This document shows, piece after piece, positions 13,401 to 25,931 of a stretch of 64,000 nt of DNA; position 1 is the stretch's first letter, and the number at the start of each line of letters is the position of its first letter. The stretch lies in contig OU015569.1 of NCBI GenBank assembly GCA_907165135.1, positions 8,246,001-8,310,000 of the forward strand, given 5' to 3'. Source of the DNA: Oikopleura dioica. Lineage: Eukaryota; Animalia; Chordata. The notes beneath the pieces are model-generated. The model had not been told where the DNA came from. It ran no database searches and worked only from the letters and a program-made list of their open reading frames with translations. The position numbers and the translations under genes are program-made.

Positions 13401-14778
13401 ATGAGATTTCGCACTTTTGCAACCAGAAAGAGTTCAGCAAGAATCAATAGAGATGCTTCACCTGTGCGGTTTCAGGAAGAAGAATACGTTCGCCGCCAAA
13501 ACATCGCAAGGATTATCTTATATTTTTTTAAACTAACTTTTTCTAAGTTCTCATTCATCGGATCATCTCCAAGGAGTCTAAGCAATGACGACGAGGTGAC
13601 CAGTATTGCTCCCAGTGCTTCATCAAATCTGGATCGGAAGACGTCAAAGCGAAAGTCCATCAAGAACCTGTGGAGAAAAATAAGAAACAAGAATTCGAGC
13701 AAGTATAAAAAGGATGAAGAGGTAAGCACTTTTTATAAGAGCGAGAGAAAGAGATCGGTAAGGCGTTTTGCCGTTCTCAGCGGTGTCTTTCTTGATGGGA
13801 TTAGCACGAAGCTATTTTCGGCGCCAAAATCGGACGCCCGACTCTTTCGTTCAGTTGCCCCTCCTTTGAGAAATAATAGTATGATTATCATACGTAACCA
13901 AAAATTTAGCCGCCAGCGCAGAAAAAAGTCTACTGGAATTACGATCTTCCCTACAAACTTGTTCCAGGAATGCCAAAAGAGGAGCCATGGGAGATTCCTC
14001 TTACACGCAAGAAGCTCAGATGGAGTACTGAGCCCATTCTCTGTGGCGAAACCCATCTTAGCGAGGATTATGAAAGAGCCGAGCCAGACGTGGATCCTAA
14101 TGTCTCTCAAGGAATCGGTCGTCATTTTCACTAACATCAAATGATATATGATGGGAACTTCGCATTGCGAAGAGGATTTTAAATCACCGTTGACAGCTAT
14201 TTACGAGCTTGAACTTCGACTCGAAGAAATGACAAAATACATGGTCACACTTGAAAAGGACTCATCAGGATTTGGACTTGGAATCGTCGCAATGGGGGTA
14301 GATCCAGATATCGAGCGACTCGGGGATCACGGTTTTTAATTTTTCATACGAGCTCCGCCATCGAAATCATAAACACTCATAAAGTTCCTTTTCTTCCAGA
14401 GCAAATCAGAAAATGAGTCGGTTTGAAAATAAAAACCCCTCCACAGAATCTATGTGAAACACGTGGTTGAAGGTGGCGCAGCGGAAAAAGCAGGCAACAG
14501 GTTTTCTGATATGCTAGTGTCTCATGTAGTTGGACTGTAAGAAAACCAAAAAAGGAATCCGTGTTGCGGATCAAATCGCTGAAGTTAACGGCATTAACCT
14601 CGTCGGCGTCACACACAACTTTGCTGTTCAAACTCTTCGAAACACGGATGAAGTAATTGATCACTAATTAAGAACATTATTCGTAAAAAACAATTTATAG
14701 GTCGTGGCCCTCCTGATTGCCAGAGAGCAAGTCGAAGAAGTCGAGGACTCTGAACTTTACCAAGCTGTTCTTGGTTAA
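13401..14778 (+). CDS. Neurabin/spinophilin-like (PPP1R9) PP1-binding PDZ protein; start uncertain
   Basis: 'KKLRWSTEPILCGETHLSEDYERAEPDVDPNVSQAIYELELR' follows the neurabin RKIHF...DYDRRNEDVDP...AEYELEKR segment. It is followed by a PDZ domain (LEKDSSGFGLGIVAMG...IYVKHVVEGGAA...DQIAEVNGINLVGVTHNFA). Confidence 0.85.
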
Positions 14779-15280
14779 TATTTATATATTTTTGCTTTTT
14801 GATATAAAATAAAATGTTCACTTCTTAAATCCTGGCTTTGGCAAAGCTGTTCAATTTTTGGCGGGAAAATCGTCAACTCGAAAACACATTTTTTTTCTTG
14901 ACAGATCCGGATTCACGGCGAAAAATCCGCCTAGGTAGTTTTTTTCGAGAGTTTTTCGCGATCTATTTTCAAATTGATAGCTTCGTGGTTGAAATTTACG
15001 CATTTCCGAGAGGTCAACTAAAAAACGATCCTGCGGTCCTTCAAAGTTTGATAACGAAGGTGCTAAAACAGAGACTTTCCCAGACTTTCGAGAGGCTGCT
15101 TCCAAAAATAGCCGCGAGAGTGCGCCGAAAAGTGCGCCACCTGGTAATCTTGGGCCATAAAAACCTGCCCGGCGGGGAGTTTCATCGTCACAAACAATAA
15201 TTCTAGTTATCCGATTTTCACAGCAAGACAACTACGATAACAAACAAGAGGACCGACTGCAAAACACACACGCTGACAAG

Positions 15281-15595
15281 ATGGGTTTTGCTGAGCTGAA
15301 GAATGCTCCTCCAATGCAGATCAAATTCCCAACAGACGAGAAACCAAGCTTCGAGTCAATCGACGAGATGCTCGACCACGTCGTCACCCTCGTCGAGCTC
15401 CTGCCCGGCGTCAACTTTCAAGACTGGGACTTCCGAGAGAATCACATGAGCGCGCCATTGGAGATTCACACGATTGAGGAGCAGTTCGGCCGACGAGTTT
15501 TCTTCCGAATGAACACCGACATCGTCACCGCCAAGCTTTCCGTCGACTTCGAGAAGGAACATGTTTCTGTTGAGTTCTTCAACACTATCATCTAA
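15281..15595 (+). CDS. Single-exon 104-aa protein of unknown function
   Basis: Intact ORF with strong C-ending codon bias, upstream 'ttttcacag' acceptor and downstream AATAAA. No recognisable family. Confidence 0.65.
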   Translation: MGFAELKNAPPMQIKFPTDEKPSFESIDEMLDHVVTLVELLPGVNFQDWDFRENHMSAPLEIHTIEEQFGRRVFFRMNTDIVTAKLSVDFEKEHVSVEFFNTII

Positions 15596-18500
15596 ACTCA
15601 ATAAATCATTCAACAAAAAAACTATCCCAAGATAATCTTCAAAAATTAAAAAATTTGATGATTACCTCGTCTCCACCGATTCGAAAGGGCAGAACCAATT
15701 TGAAAAGAACAATCAATTAGCAAATCAGCAGGAAAAGGACTTGTAGCATTTTGATTAAATAAGGACCTTCAGATGTGATGTATCCAAGTGAATTGTCGGT
15801 TTGTTTTAACGGGTGAACGCTGATTCGTTTTTCGTCTTTGTGTTTATTGTTTCGGCTATTCTAGCTGGGCCTAGCTAAGTCTCACGGGACTGGCCGCGCT
15901 TTCCCTCGGAACTGATCGAAAGAATGACGCAAATGCCCGCGGCGCCTTACGATTCTCAGGTTTTCTTCCTCTTCGTACTCCACCGGCGCCACTATGCAAC
16001 TTTAATGAGTACATTCGTAAGTGCCTCCACCGATTTCTTATTTCGTAAATTAGACACCACAAATCTCTTACTACCCAAGAAATTTGTAACGCTCTTGACA
16101 AATCTTGCCTGTTTGAGACATATTCTTAGGCTCGTTGAAAAAGACATGTAAGCCTTGAAAGCAATGAAGAACTGAAGATTATCTCGGAATAACCCAGCAA
16201 AATTATCACTCAACTAGATATTTGTTCCGTCGTGAATTTAATGCAAGTCTGTTTGAATTTTATGGTTTTTTTGGTGGTGTTCCATTAAAACTCGCTTATG
16301 ATTTCGCGTAAAAATTTAAAAGAAGACAATGTCTTCAAAGCATATAAACTTATGACCAAGGGTTTTCAAAAATCAGTTTGTTCTCATCAAGTGATCTTCA
16401 GTAGTTTGCAGCCTTGTGATTATCCTTGAAAAGCAACACTTGTTCCAGTCTATTCTTTTGTCATTTCTCCGCTACCGATTCCGATGTTTTCAAATCGGCG
16501 TTATCAAATCCAAATATAAGCGGAGCTATCTCCGAGACTCCTTCTCTATCATTCGCTTTAGTAAACAAGAGCAGGGCGGGACCAAGTGGCCTATTCTCTC
16601 TGGTTACGTCGAAATGCCAAGACTTTTACATTTTCAATTCAATAAGTTCGCGCATTAACGTCTCTAAAAGAAAATGAACCAAGCTATATTTCTTTGCGTT
16701 ACTTTGCGTTGGGTAAGGGTTGACTGAAATGGGCTTTTTTTCAGTAAATGAAACTCAATTAGGAGAACTGAATAAATTGATAGTAATAAAAGAATTTCGT
16801 AGTTCGAAAGATCAAGTGATGACAATCTGTTCAGTGTGCTTCGATGAATGCAGTTTCTCGTGGCTTGTCGTTGTTGACATCTGTTGAGGCATCTTCTGAT
16901 GTCACAAGGTAGCGCGGGTTACGACGGACTAATGCAGTAGAGCCTTCTCGAGCCCGCGCGATGCTTCTGACTTCGGTGTGGTGCTGCTTGGTGGAGCGCT
17001 GAGTGTGGTGTCTTGCCGCGCTCAACCAATTTCGCGAAAAGCGACGTCCGCCAATTCCCAGTAATGAAGTGGCCAAGACTCCATCTTATAATCCCATTGG
17101 TCAAAAGGGCCGTTCTTCCAACTGCTCTGCATGAGGACCACTTTTCTTAAATTTCAGGTTTCTGTTCTTTCGAAAATAAGGAATGTATCGAACAAGATAT
17201 TCACTGAAAAAACTGATCTACTGAAAAGTTTGGGAAAATTTATTGAATGATTGACTTGAAACTATCATTTTTATTTTTCTACTTCAGCTCAAGTGATTGC
17301 TTTTTGGTCCAAAAGCCTCATTAGAAACATATAGAGAGCGATTGCGCGAGAAACGATACGTAAACTGCGTTATCAATTATCTTTATTCCTGTATTGAGGA
17401 ATTATTTTTGCGCTGAGCTTGGGCACACGTTCAGGAAAGTAAAAACTGTAAATTGGGTCAGGTGCGCGCGATTGCATCAGAGAGCGCGTATTGGCGGTGT
17501 AGTGAAGTTTTCGTTGGTTGGCGCCTCCACCACCACGAGGATCGCAAGCGCGGGCCGAACCCAGCCCCAGCGAATTGCGACCATAACGTCAAACTACAGG
17601 GCCGGGCAAAGACACTACTATTTAAAAATAGAAAGCATCTAAATAAAATTGTAGACAAACAAAAACAAATTAATATCATACTACTCAAACTAGAGAAAAA
17701 TGCAAAGAGATCGTTCAAATTATCGACGAAGACATTATCGCCAGAAGTAGAGGAAAACTAAAACGGCTAAAGCGAGAACGCTTTTTTTTAATCGAATTTT
17801 TTAATCGTAGCAGTGATGACACTGTGACAATTTATCTTGATTCAACAAAAAAGGTTTAATGATGCTAGCAAAGTTGACGAGAGTGTCGATGTAAATATCT
17901 TTTCAACATTTGTATGAATAATAAATGAAATAACTTTTATCAATTTAATGTCGTGTCGACATTGTAGAAGAACTTAGAGGATAGAGGATTGAATTGCTGC
18001 TCCCATTCGAAATTGCTAATTTATGATAATGGTGAGCCTAGTAGCAACCAATTCATCCCCACAAGTTGTACCACATTAGCGGTCAGCAAGGAAATTAGTG
18101 AACGTCTTCCTCTTCGCATTTTTGAACTTCGAGGAAGCAATGGGCCATCGTCGACCGTGACAATTGTTGTTTATCGGCCCGTTTGACAAGCGAGTTGCAT
18201 AAGCCAGACCGCAGAATATCGCGGGGAAATTTTCTTTATGAACCAAACCCAAACAAAATGCTAAAGAGCGCGATGCAATGTATACCCAAGCCAAAGCTTA
18301 TCTTTTTAAATCAAATTAAACCTAAAGATTCATTTTGAAGAAACATGTTACTTCTATACTCGCCAAGGGTCGTTTGAATCACGTATTAGTTGAAGGTTTG
18401 AGTAAAGCCACCCATTTCGGTGGTTTACGACGTCCGAACAGTTCTCAATCGAGCAAGATTCCTCTGACGATCAGAGTTACTTACTTTTGAACAATGTCTT

Positions 18501-19045
18501 GAGCCCTTGAAAAGTCCGGGTCATTTAGCAAGAGACTCAACCAAAGTCAATATTTTGCTGACCGACGACGCTGTGACATCGATTCCCGCTTTTCCATTCC
18601 CAAAACTTTAGGTAACCAACTCAGTAATTGTAATGAATACATGATTATGCTGATTCTCAAAAGTTAAAAGCGTGCGAGTACGATTTTACGTAATTCGAGA
18701 GAAAATCCCCTTCTCCACGCTACTTGACTTAGAGTTGCCAGAAGCCATGAATAATTGGAATAAATTCGAGACGTTTTAAAACTATCAACACTTTTTCTAA
18801 AAGTCAATTCATTTTCTAGCTTCCCAACGAAATAAATCTCAAATAATTAACTGGTGACGAACCTGGTGAAACCTCCTCGACTTTTATTCAAATTACGTTC
18901 AACCACTTGAACTTTCTCTGGCCCCTTCACTTTTTGCGCCACAGATTTCAACTCGATACAAACGCCACACAGACCACAAAGAAACTCCACAGGTAATTTT
19001 TCCTTTGAACTTAAACTTAGCACTAATCCCGTCTTCAGACAGAAA

Positions 19046-21111
19046 ATGAGTTCCGACGTGGTAGAAATCCCAGTATTCAAAGAGAGACGAACTCCTGTTA
19101 TGCTTGAACCCGTCTTTCTGCCGCTTTTACTGGTCGCCTTCGCACTTATCATTGGCTTTTGTGTGATCTTGCCCGGAATACGAGGAAGAGAACGCGCTTT
19201 TGCCGCCATACGAGTCCTTCTACTTGGTTCTATGGGAATCTGGTTTATTTTTAGGTAAAAACAAATTTCAACAAAGTAGAAGTTTTTATGAGGCCATTAG
19301 GCCACACCTTAGTAGAAATGAGTTATATAATTTAATTGCTCTTGGTCGAATACGACTCTGTTGAAATAAACTCAATCTAAATTTCAGTTTCTTCTGCACG
19401 GAATGGGTTGTCGCCGAAAGTTCGGCAAAAATCCAATACTTCCCACTCGACAATCTCGCTGTTGAGTCCAAGATCAAAGTGCAGATGGGTTTCTCGAATG
19501 TGAACATCACCCTTCGAGCCCTGGATGAGCTTAGCCACCCCAACCACCACTGGAATGAGCGAATCTCCTACTCGAACGTCGATACAGACTTCGACTCGCT
19601 TGTTCGTCAGTATAAACCTGTAAGTAATTGAATAAGCACGATTTTTAGTTCTTCGCGGACATAACGCAATTCTATCGATTGTTTTAGGAACCTCTACTCA
19701 AGGTGGCATCATACTTTACCTCTCAAAGTACCTCCATGTCTCAGCAACGAACGCTCAAGCTTCAGCTCTTTTTTCGACTTGCGCTAGCATTCCAAATACT
19801 TGCACTTCTTCTCTGGGGTTTGAGCTGCGCCGTCCTAAACAAAGCAATCTCTATTGGAGCTCAATTCTTGCTTATTTCTGGACTTTCCCAGATAATCGCA
19901 AATGTTTTCATTTCTGGTAAGTATTTCTTTCATTAAAAATTTTCTTCATTTTGAACGATGCCTACTGTTAGAAATTTTGGTCTTTCGCTTTAATTCATTT
20001 CACTTTTCAGTGACGCCAAACATCACTTTCTTCTTGCCAGAAGTTCCAGAGGGCATCCGATTCCAGTTCGGCTGGAACTGGTCGCTCAACATGGGAATGG
20101 CGCTGCTTTCGATTATCGTTGCTATCACAATCCTTTTCATGGATTGCTATGCAACTTCTGTTATCCGTGAGATCCTTGCGTATGCACCGTACGACGACGA
20201 AGAATGTTATGAGTGCGAACAGAATGGCGAACGATGCATTAAATGCAAAAAGTAAGTTGTTTTTGCTTGAAATCATAAACGAAAATTACTTCACGAAAAT
20301 TATTGTTGATAAGTCGACTTTCGTTCAGAGTCTTACATTTAATTTCAGCGAAATTCTGGCGAAGGACTTACCTAACAAAGCGAAATACGAAACGGAGACA
20401 TCTAAGGCGGTCCTCCAGATCGTCAACGCGCGTAAACTCTACCCAAAGGCACTTACAATGCGATATGAGAATGAGGAAAAATTTGCCAAAAAGCAGCTTC
20501 GCAAGAAAGCCGTCGAAGCTAACCGAGAATCACGAAAGAAAGCCGAACGACGCGGTTCAGCAGTCTCTATTTCCGCCGATGTTGACCAAACCTTGTCTTA
20601 TGGCGATTGGAAAATCTTGGAACCCGGAAACTTTGGTAGCCAGGTACGGAAACCCTAGCCTATATGAAAATATTTAGCGGCGCTAAGTTATTCATATTAG
20701 TTTTGGATAAAACTTACAAGGTTCTTATTTGATTTTAGCCCCATTTTACATCAGACGGCTCTCTCTCTTGTCGGTCTTTGCCGACGCTGAGTGAGGGCTC
20801 AGTTGTGGATAATGCAAACTACCGTACGCAGTCGACTATTTCGACGGATACAGCTTCTGAAATTGACCTGGACCAGATGGTCTAAAGGTCGAAATGGCGA
20901 TGAAAAGACCCTTTTCGAAAGAAGACGCAATTTTATTTTACCCTCAGAGCAGTTTAACTTGCACCTCGATGAGCAAACACACTTCAAAACCTTCTTCCCG
21001 TTTCCAGCGCTCTCATCCATAGTCGAAAAGCCATGGATCAGAGCGGCTATCTCAAACCGAGAGAGAAAGTCACTCGGCTTGAGATGGAAAACGCACAAAA
21101 TCTGTAGATAG
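19046..21111 (+). CDS. DUOXA: Dual oxidase maturation factor (DUOXA/NIP family) with long C-terminal extension
   Basis: 'FCVILPGIRG', 'FCTEWVV', 'KVQMGFSNVNITL', 'WNERISY' and 'FQFGWNW' match DUOXA motifs; five hydrophobic segments. Confidence 0.88.
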
Positions 21112-21898
21112 CTTGTATAACTCTTCAACAGTTCATTCCGAATATTTATATATTGTCTGAATCACCACAAAATACCGACTTTGGTTAAAGTGCAAAACCA
21201 AAAGGCGGCCAGTATCACACAAAGCGGCGATGCCGAGAAAAGTTCAAAAATTGAAAAAATCTAAACTCACACATTTGGGAATGTGAAAACTTTTGAGCCG
21301 ATGTAACAATGATTAACTCAGATCTCACACACGATCGATGATTAAGAATTATTACAAACAAAAATGAAAAAAAAAGAATAAACTCTCAAACATCTTATTC
21401 AAACTCTCTTTCTTGCAAGTGCTGAAGTTATTCCTGAACCTTTTCTATCAAAATATGACCCTCATTGTACAATAGGAACCATAGGATGGGAAAAATCTTG
21501 TGGTAGATTGAAGCCATTATAATAACTCGTATTTATGAATTATTATGATGAGTTTGATTGAATATCTTCATATTTATGAATCTTTGAAATTTTATTAATA
21601 AGCTTTGTAGGCAGTATTGACGAATTGCCAATTTACGCAGAATTAGTCTAGTCAGGATGCTACATTTGTAAAATGGAAGAAAGATGAAAAATGGAGGCAC
21701 CTGCGTGACTCGTCAATAGAAAATACGATACGGAGAAAAGATTTTCCGTAAAGAATGAATTTTGATAGGGAATTAAAGGTGAATACGGAAGTTCAAAACG
21801 AACGGCATATAGCGGGGTTTATGAATGAGATAAAAAGAATACGAGAATGAAGGTTGAACAAGAAGGAACATGACATTGTCTCTAAAAATGAAGGAATT

Positions 21899-24800
21899 CT
21901 ACTTTGACGCGGGCGCTGAAACAGAAGACGTTTCCTCAGTTATAACTTTGACACCGGCAACTTTAGGCTCTCCTTTTGAACCTTTCGAAACCTTCGGAAT
22001 ATCGAGAAGCTTGTGAATATACTGAATTCACGTTAGAAATAGTTTAACTGTAAAAAATACCCCAAATGCAATGAGCCTAAGAGCAATCTGGGCTTTTCCA
22101 GTAATGTCTTCTCTCTCTTGCCTGCTTAAGTCATCTACTTGGTTAGCGTTCTCGTTCGTAACATCAGCAATTCCGTGCCCGTTGTTGAGAACAAGGCCAA
22201 CTGATAAAGCCGAGAAAAAACGTCGCAGACAGTCTCCTTGGGATATTTTAGTGCAATCAATGAAGACACAACATAAGCAGCAAATCGAATGTACTACCTG
22301 CTGTAAGAGGATGCCTAGCTGACTCCATCGTCTTTTGCAGGAGCATGTCACAGGTCCAGGTAGAGAATTGGCCCCACGATTCGTCATCTTGGAACAAGCT
22401 CTATATTATATGCTCGCTTTAATGCAAGATTAGTGTGGCCGACCTTTATAATTCTAGCCACGGGGACAGCGTTGACCATAGGATGAGCGCATTGCTAAAT
22501 AAAATAGTAGAAACCGATATTTAAAGTACAAAATTCGAGCTTAAAATGGCATAGATTTGCTTGAAACTGAAAATAGTGAACATGCATAAGAAAAAATGAT
22601 GACATCGCTTTATCCGATTCTGTCTGAATTTCTACCTGGAAAAATTGTGAGTGGCGAAGCTCGGACAAGTATTTGAAGCACACTCGGACCGGGAGGCAGT
22701 CAACGGGATCGGGATCAGCTATAAACAGAAGTAAGAGAGACGCAGACACAGAGAAACACTCGGCACAGAATTCTTCGATTCTGTACAGACAGTGGGACTC
22801 GTGCGTTGATATCAAGAATTTGTCTTCTACCTCTGTTTATAATCTTGGATGTGTGCCTTTACGAAAACTATAGCAGAACTCATAAGCGATGAAGCCTGAG
22901 TCTGGTATTGAGATCGTAAAACGATGTTGATAATTGAATAATGAAGAAGTAAATAAATGAAGTAAAACTCTGGCGAGTGCTTGAAAAGAATATTTTCAAT
23001 CCAGCAGACTTTTCAAGACACTCGTTCGATCCAAAACGAGATATTCCTTAGAATTCACTAAGAAAGCGTTATAGACTCATATTCTAGCGCAAGCTTGGTG
23101 ACTTCTTCCTTAATTTCAGTGAAATTCCTTCCAATTTCACTAATCTTAAGGCTTTAGCTTGGAAGTAAGAGTGTAACCCTGAGATTTGAGCGCCGCTGAG
23201 AGGTTATACATTCGAAATCACAAAAATATGTATAATAGGTAATACAAAAAAATATATAATACAACTATCAGAGACACCTCTCAGGGTTAAGAGCAGGCTT
23301 TTCATAAGGAAAAATATGAAAAAGGTTAGTTCGCGACTCATGATTGTGGCTAATTGTGAGTTGAATCAGTGACTTACCGGATGTTTCAACAACTTTTTCC
23401 GATGTGAAACAGAGATCAACACTCATGGTGAATTTCGGGAAGGTACGTTCTAACGTTATCTTTGCCTTTTCGTAGTCATGGGTGATGTTGGAAAACTAAA
23501 CACGAGTTTTAACTGACGAATTCAACAGAATGCAACTTTTTCAATGAGAGCGTGTTCTTTCAGACAACAGTATACTTCTGTCATTGTCTTTATTGAAGGC
23601 TTCTGCGTCGTTAAAATAATCAAAGTGAGTTGTCGATCGCCCTTTATTAGTTTAACAACTACTAGAATTCTGTATGTAAGTCGCGCACCCCTAGATCGCG
23701 GGTCAAGGGTCGACTCAAGAGTGCACGAACTTGACTTTCCTGTCCGAAATCACTCTCTAGATTAAATTAATATAAAAAGTGCGGGAAGAGGGTGTACCAA
23801 CCCCACAATTGTACAGTTGTGTGAGGAGTTTCCGCACCCCTAAACAGCGGGTAAACTTGAACACACAACTGTAGGTTGTAAAAATATTTTGTTCAGTATT
23901 CTTTTCGTGTGTTAAACCTTCCTTGATCATTGTCCCCTTAGGAAAGCAACCTGATCTGAAGACCTCTTGAATCGGTCTGTCATCTTCAGCTTTAGCAGCA
24001 CTCATGTTTTCACAGGTCGATCTCAGCATTGTCTCTGCGTCGATCAAACTATCTCCGGCAGCAAGTTTTTCCTCTTGAGTTTGCTCAAGCATATCAAGCT
24101 AAAAGCTTGCATAAAATAATTTTGTAATTGGTAGATAGATTACCTTCACTTTGAGATGTTTGTCGTCGAAAGGCGTAGTTCGACCAGATCCCCAGTTTGG
24201 TATAAGAATTCTAGCGATTGGCATGATTTTAGGTCCGCCGTGTACGTAAGCAGTACTCGTTTTAACTTTCTTGGCAGCGGTGGGACCTTGCCGCGGTTTT
24301 ATTCGTTTGCCAGTATTTCCATCTATTAAATTTGCCTTGTAAAGTTGAATAACCATGTCTAAACGAATGAATTATTTTTATCCACTAATTTTAAACATAC
24401 CTAAAGCGCATTTTTTCTGGGCAGACTTTTTATTTGTGGCGATAGCTTCCGCTGCAAAAGTCCTCCCACTAATTTCTAGCGAGACGGAATATTGATACTG
24501 TCTGTCTTGATTGGTTCCAACTTCTTTTTCGTTAAAGCTTAGATCCTTGTCAATCGACGCAAAATAATCTTGAAGTTTTGCTCGAGCAGTCTCAAGCGTC
24601 CAATTTCCATTCTCGTCAAAGTTCAACGGCTCGTCCAGTTTTCTTTTCACGCCGTGTTTTGAGCTCACTGGGCCTGCCTCGACTTCCATTTGACCTTCTC
24701 GCGATCGTTTGGGCACTTCACCATGTTTTTCGATCACGCCTAGCGAAAATAGCTTCCGAACAGCAATAACCGCGCATTGTGCATTTGCTTGTTTCTTGTT

Positions 24801-25747
24801 TGACGCCTTTGCACGGATTACTACAGGATTGGGTCCTAGCCGTTTAACGTCGAGTTTAAGAATAGAGTGTGTCATTTTCTGCCCGTCGTGAATGGTCTCC
24901 ACAGTGTTTTCGAAGTCGCAGGAGATACGTTCCGACATACAAAAGCGATTTAGTCTTTGACGGGCATTGTCAATATTCCACCCTCCATTTATATCAGCTT
25001 CATCCTTTTTCGCTTCGCAAGAAACCGATTCTTTTCCATCGTGGTTGCTTTTTACGCTTTCCATCTGAATGTTCCTAATCGGAAGCTCGGCTTTCTTTAT
25101 AAGACCTTTCGCCACCATTTGATCTACAAAGTCCCAAGCAGCAAGGGTCTGCGCTTCGCGTTTCGACCGTGCTTCTTGCTGCGCTTCGTAGCCCATTCCT
25201 GTTATAACAAGGTTGCATACATATCGAACCTTCGGACTGCGACCGATCGGCGTATACGTGTATTCTGGTTTGATTTTCTTCTGAGTGCACCAGGCGTATA
25301 AGTAAGACTTTATTTCTGTCGCTTTGATAGGCTTCGGGCCGACTGGAGTGTTTCTATTGTACTGTGACTGCTGCTGGTTCCCTCCGAAGTGATTTCGTTG
25401 ATGTGATCCACCGTGGCCACCCCTCTAGGTTGATGAGTAAAAACTCCGGGTGGTCTCGACATTCGATAGCCAACATTGGGCGTCTGGACCATAGGTGTGC
25501 CCATTTGGTAGTTTGTTGGCACGGCTGGAGTACCTGGGACGACACCCATAGGCATCTGAGTCGCGTAACGACCGAGCTGCCACTGAGCGTCATACATTCC
25601 ATTTGCTGACCCCGAACTGTATCCACCAGAAGCGTCCATCACCTGCACAGGCTGGTTGGGTGGCTGTGGAAACGTCCCGTAAGCAAATCCCGACGGGGCC
25701 GTTCCCTGCGGCTGATATTCACCTCCGCCACCCATATAAAACGACAT
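21899..25747 (-). CDS. RNA-binding protein: low-complexity N-terminus, three DHX9-type dsRBDs, C-terminal DZF domain (ILF3/ZFR-like)
   Basis: dsRBDs 'IKSYLYAWCTQKK...AAWDFV', 'GWNIDNARQRLN...SNKKQANAQCA' and 'GNWTLETARAKLQ...TNKKSAQKKCAL'. DZF motifs 'FDDKHLKVK', 'RSGCFPKGTMIKGD', 'LSELRHSQFFQ', 'GDCLRRFFSALSVG', 'EREDITGKAQIALRLIAF'. Confidence 0.85.
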
Positions 25748-25931
25748 TCTTTTAACAAATTACATTTGAAGTTTATTTATCTGTTGGGTTTCAGCAATAT
25801 ATTATTAAGTTAATCGTGTACATTCATTGGCATTTTCATGGTACAGGATCAGAGAGAACGAAATAGAAGATAATTTAATTTTTCTAAGTCAGATTCAAGT
25901 TGATCGACGACGGATTTGAAGAGTAATGAAC

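Noticed and set aside
14838-15231. Overlapping ORFs or possible MITE
   Set aside because: No TIR or TSD found; translations look non-coding.
15870-18750. Scattered short minus-strand ORFs that may form one or two multi-exon genes
   Set aside because: Could not assemble a consistent reading frame or recognise a family.
21364-21522. Possible small secreted two-Cys peptide (…LFLASAEVIPEP…HCTIGTIGWEKSCGRLKPL)
   Set aside because: In-frame TAA after the only ATG; cannot be supported without a transcript.
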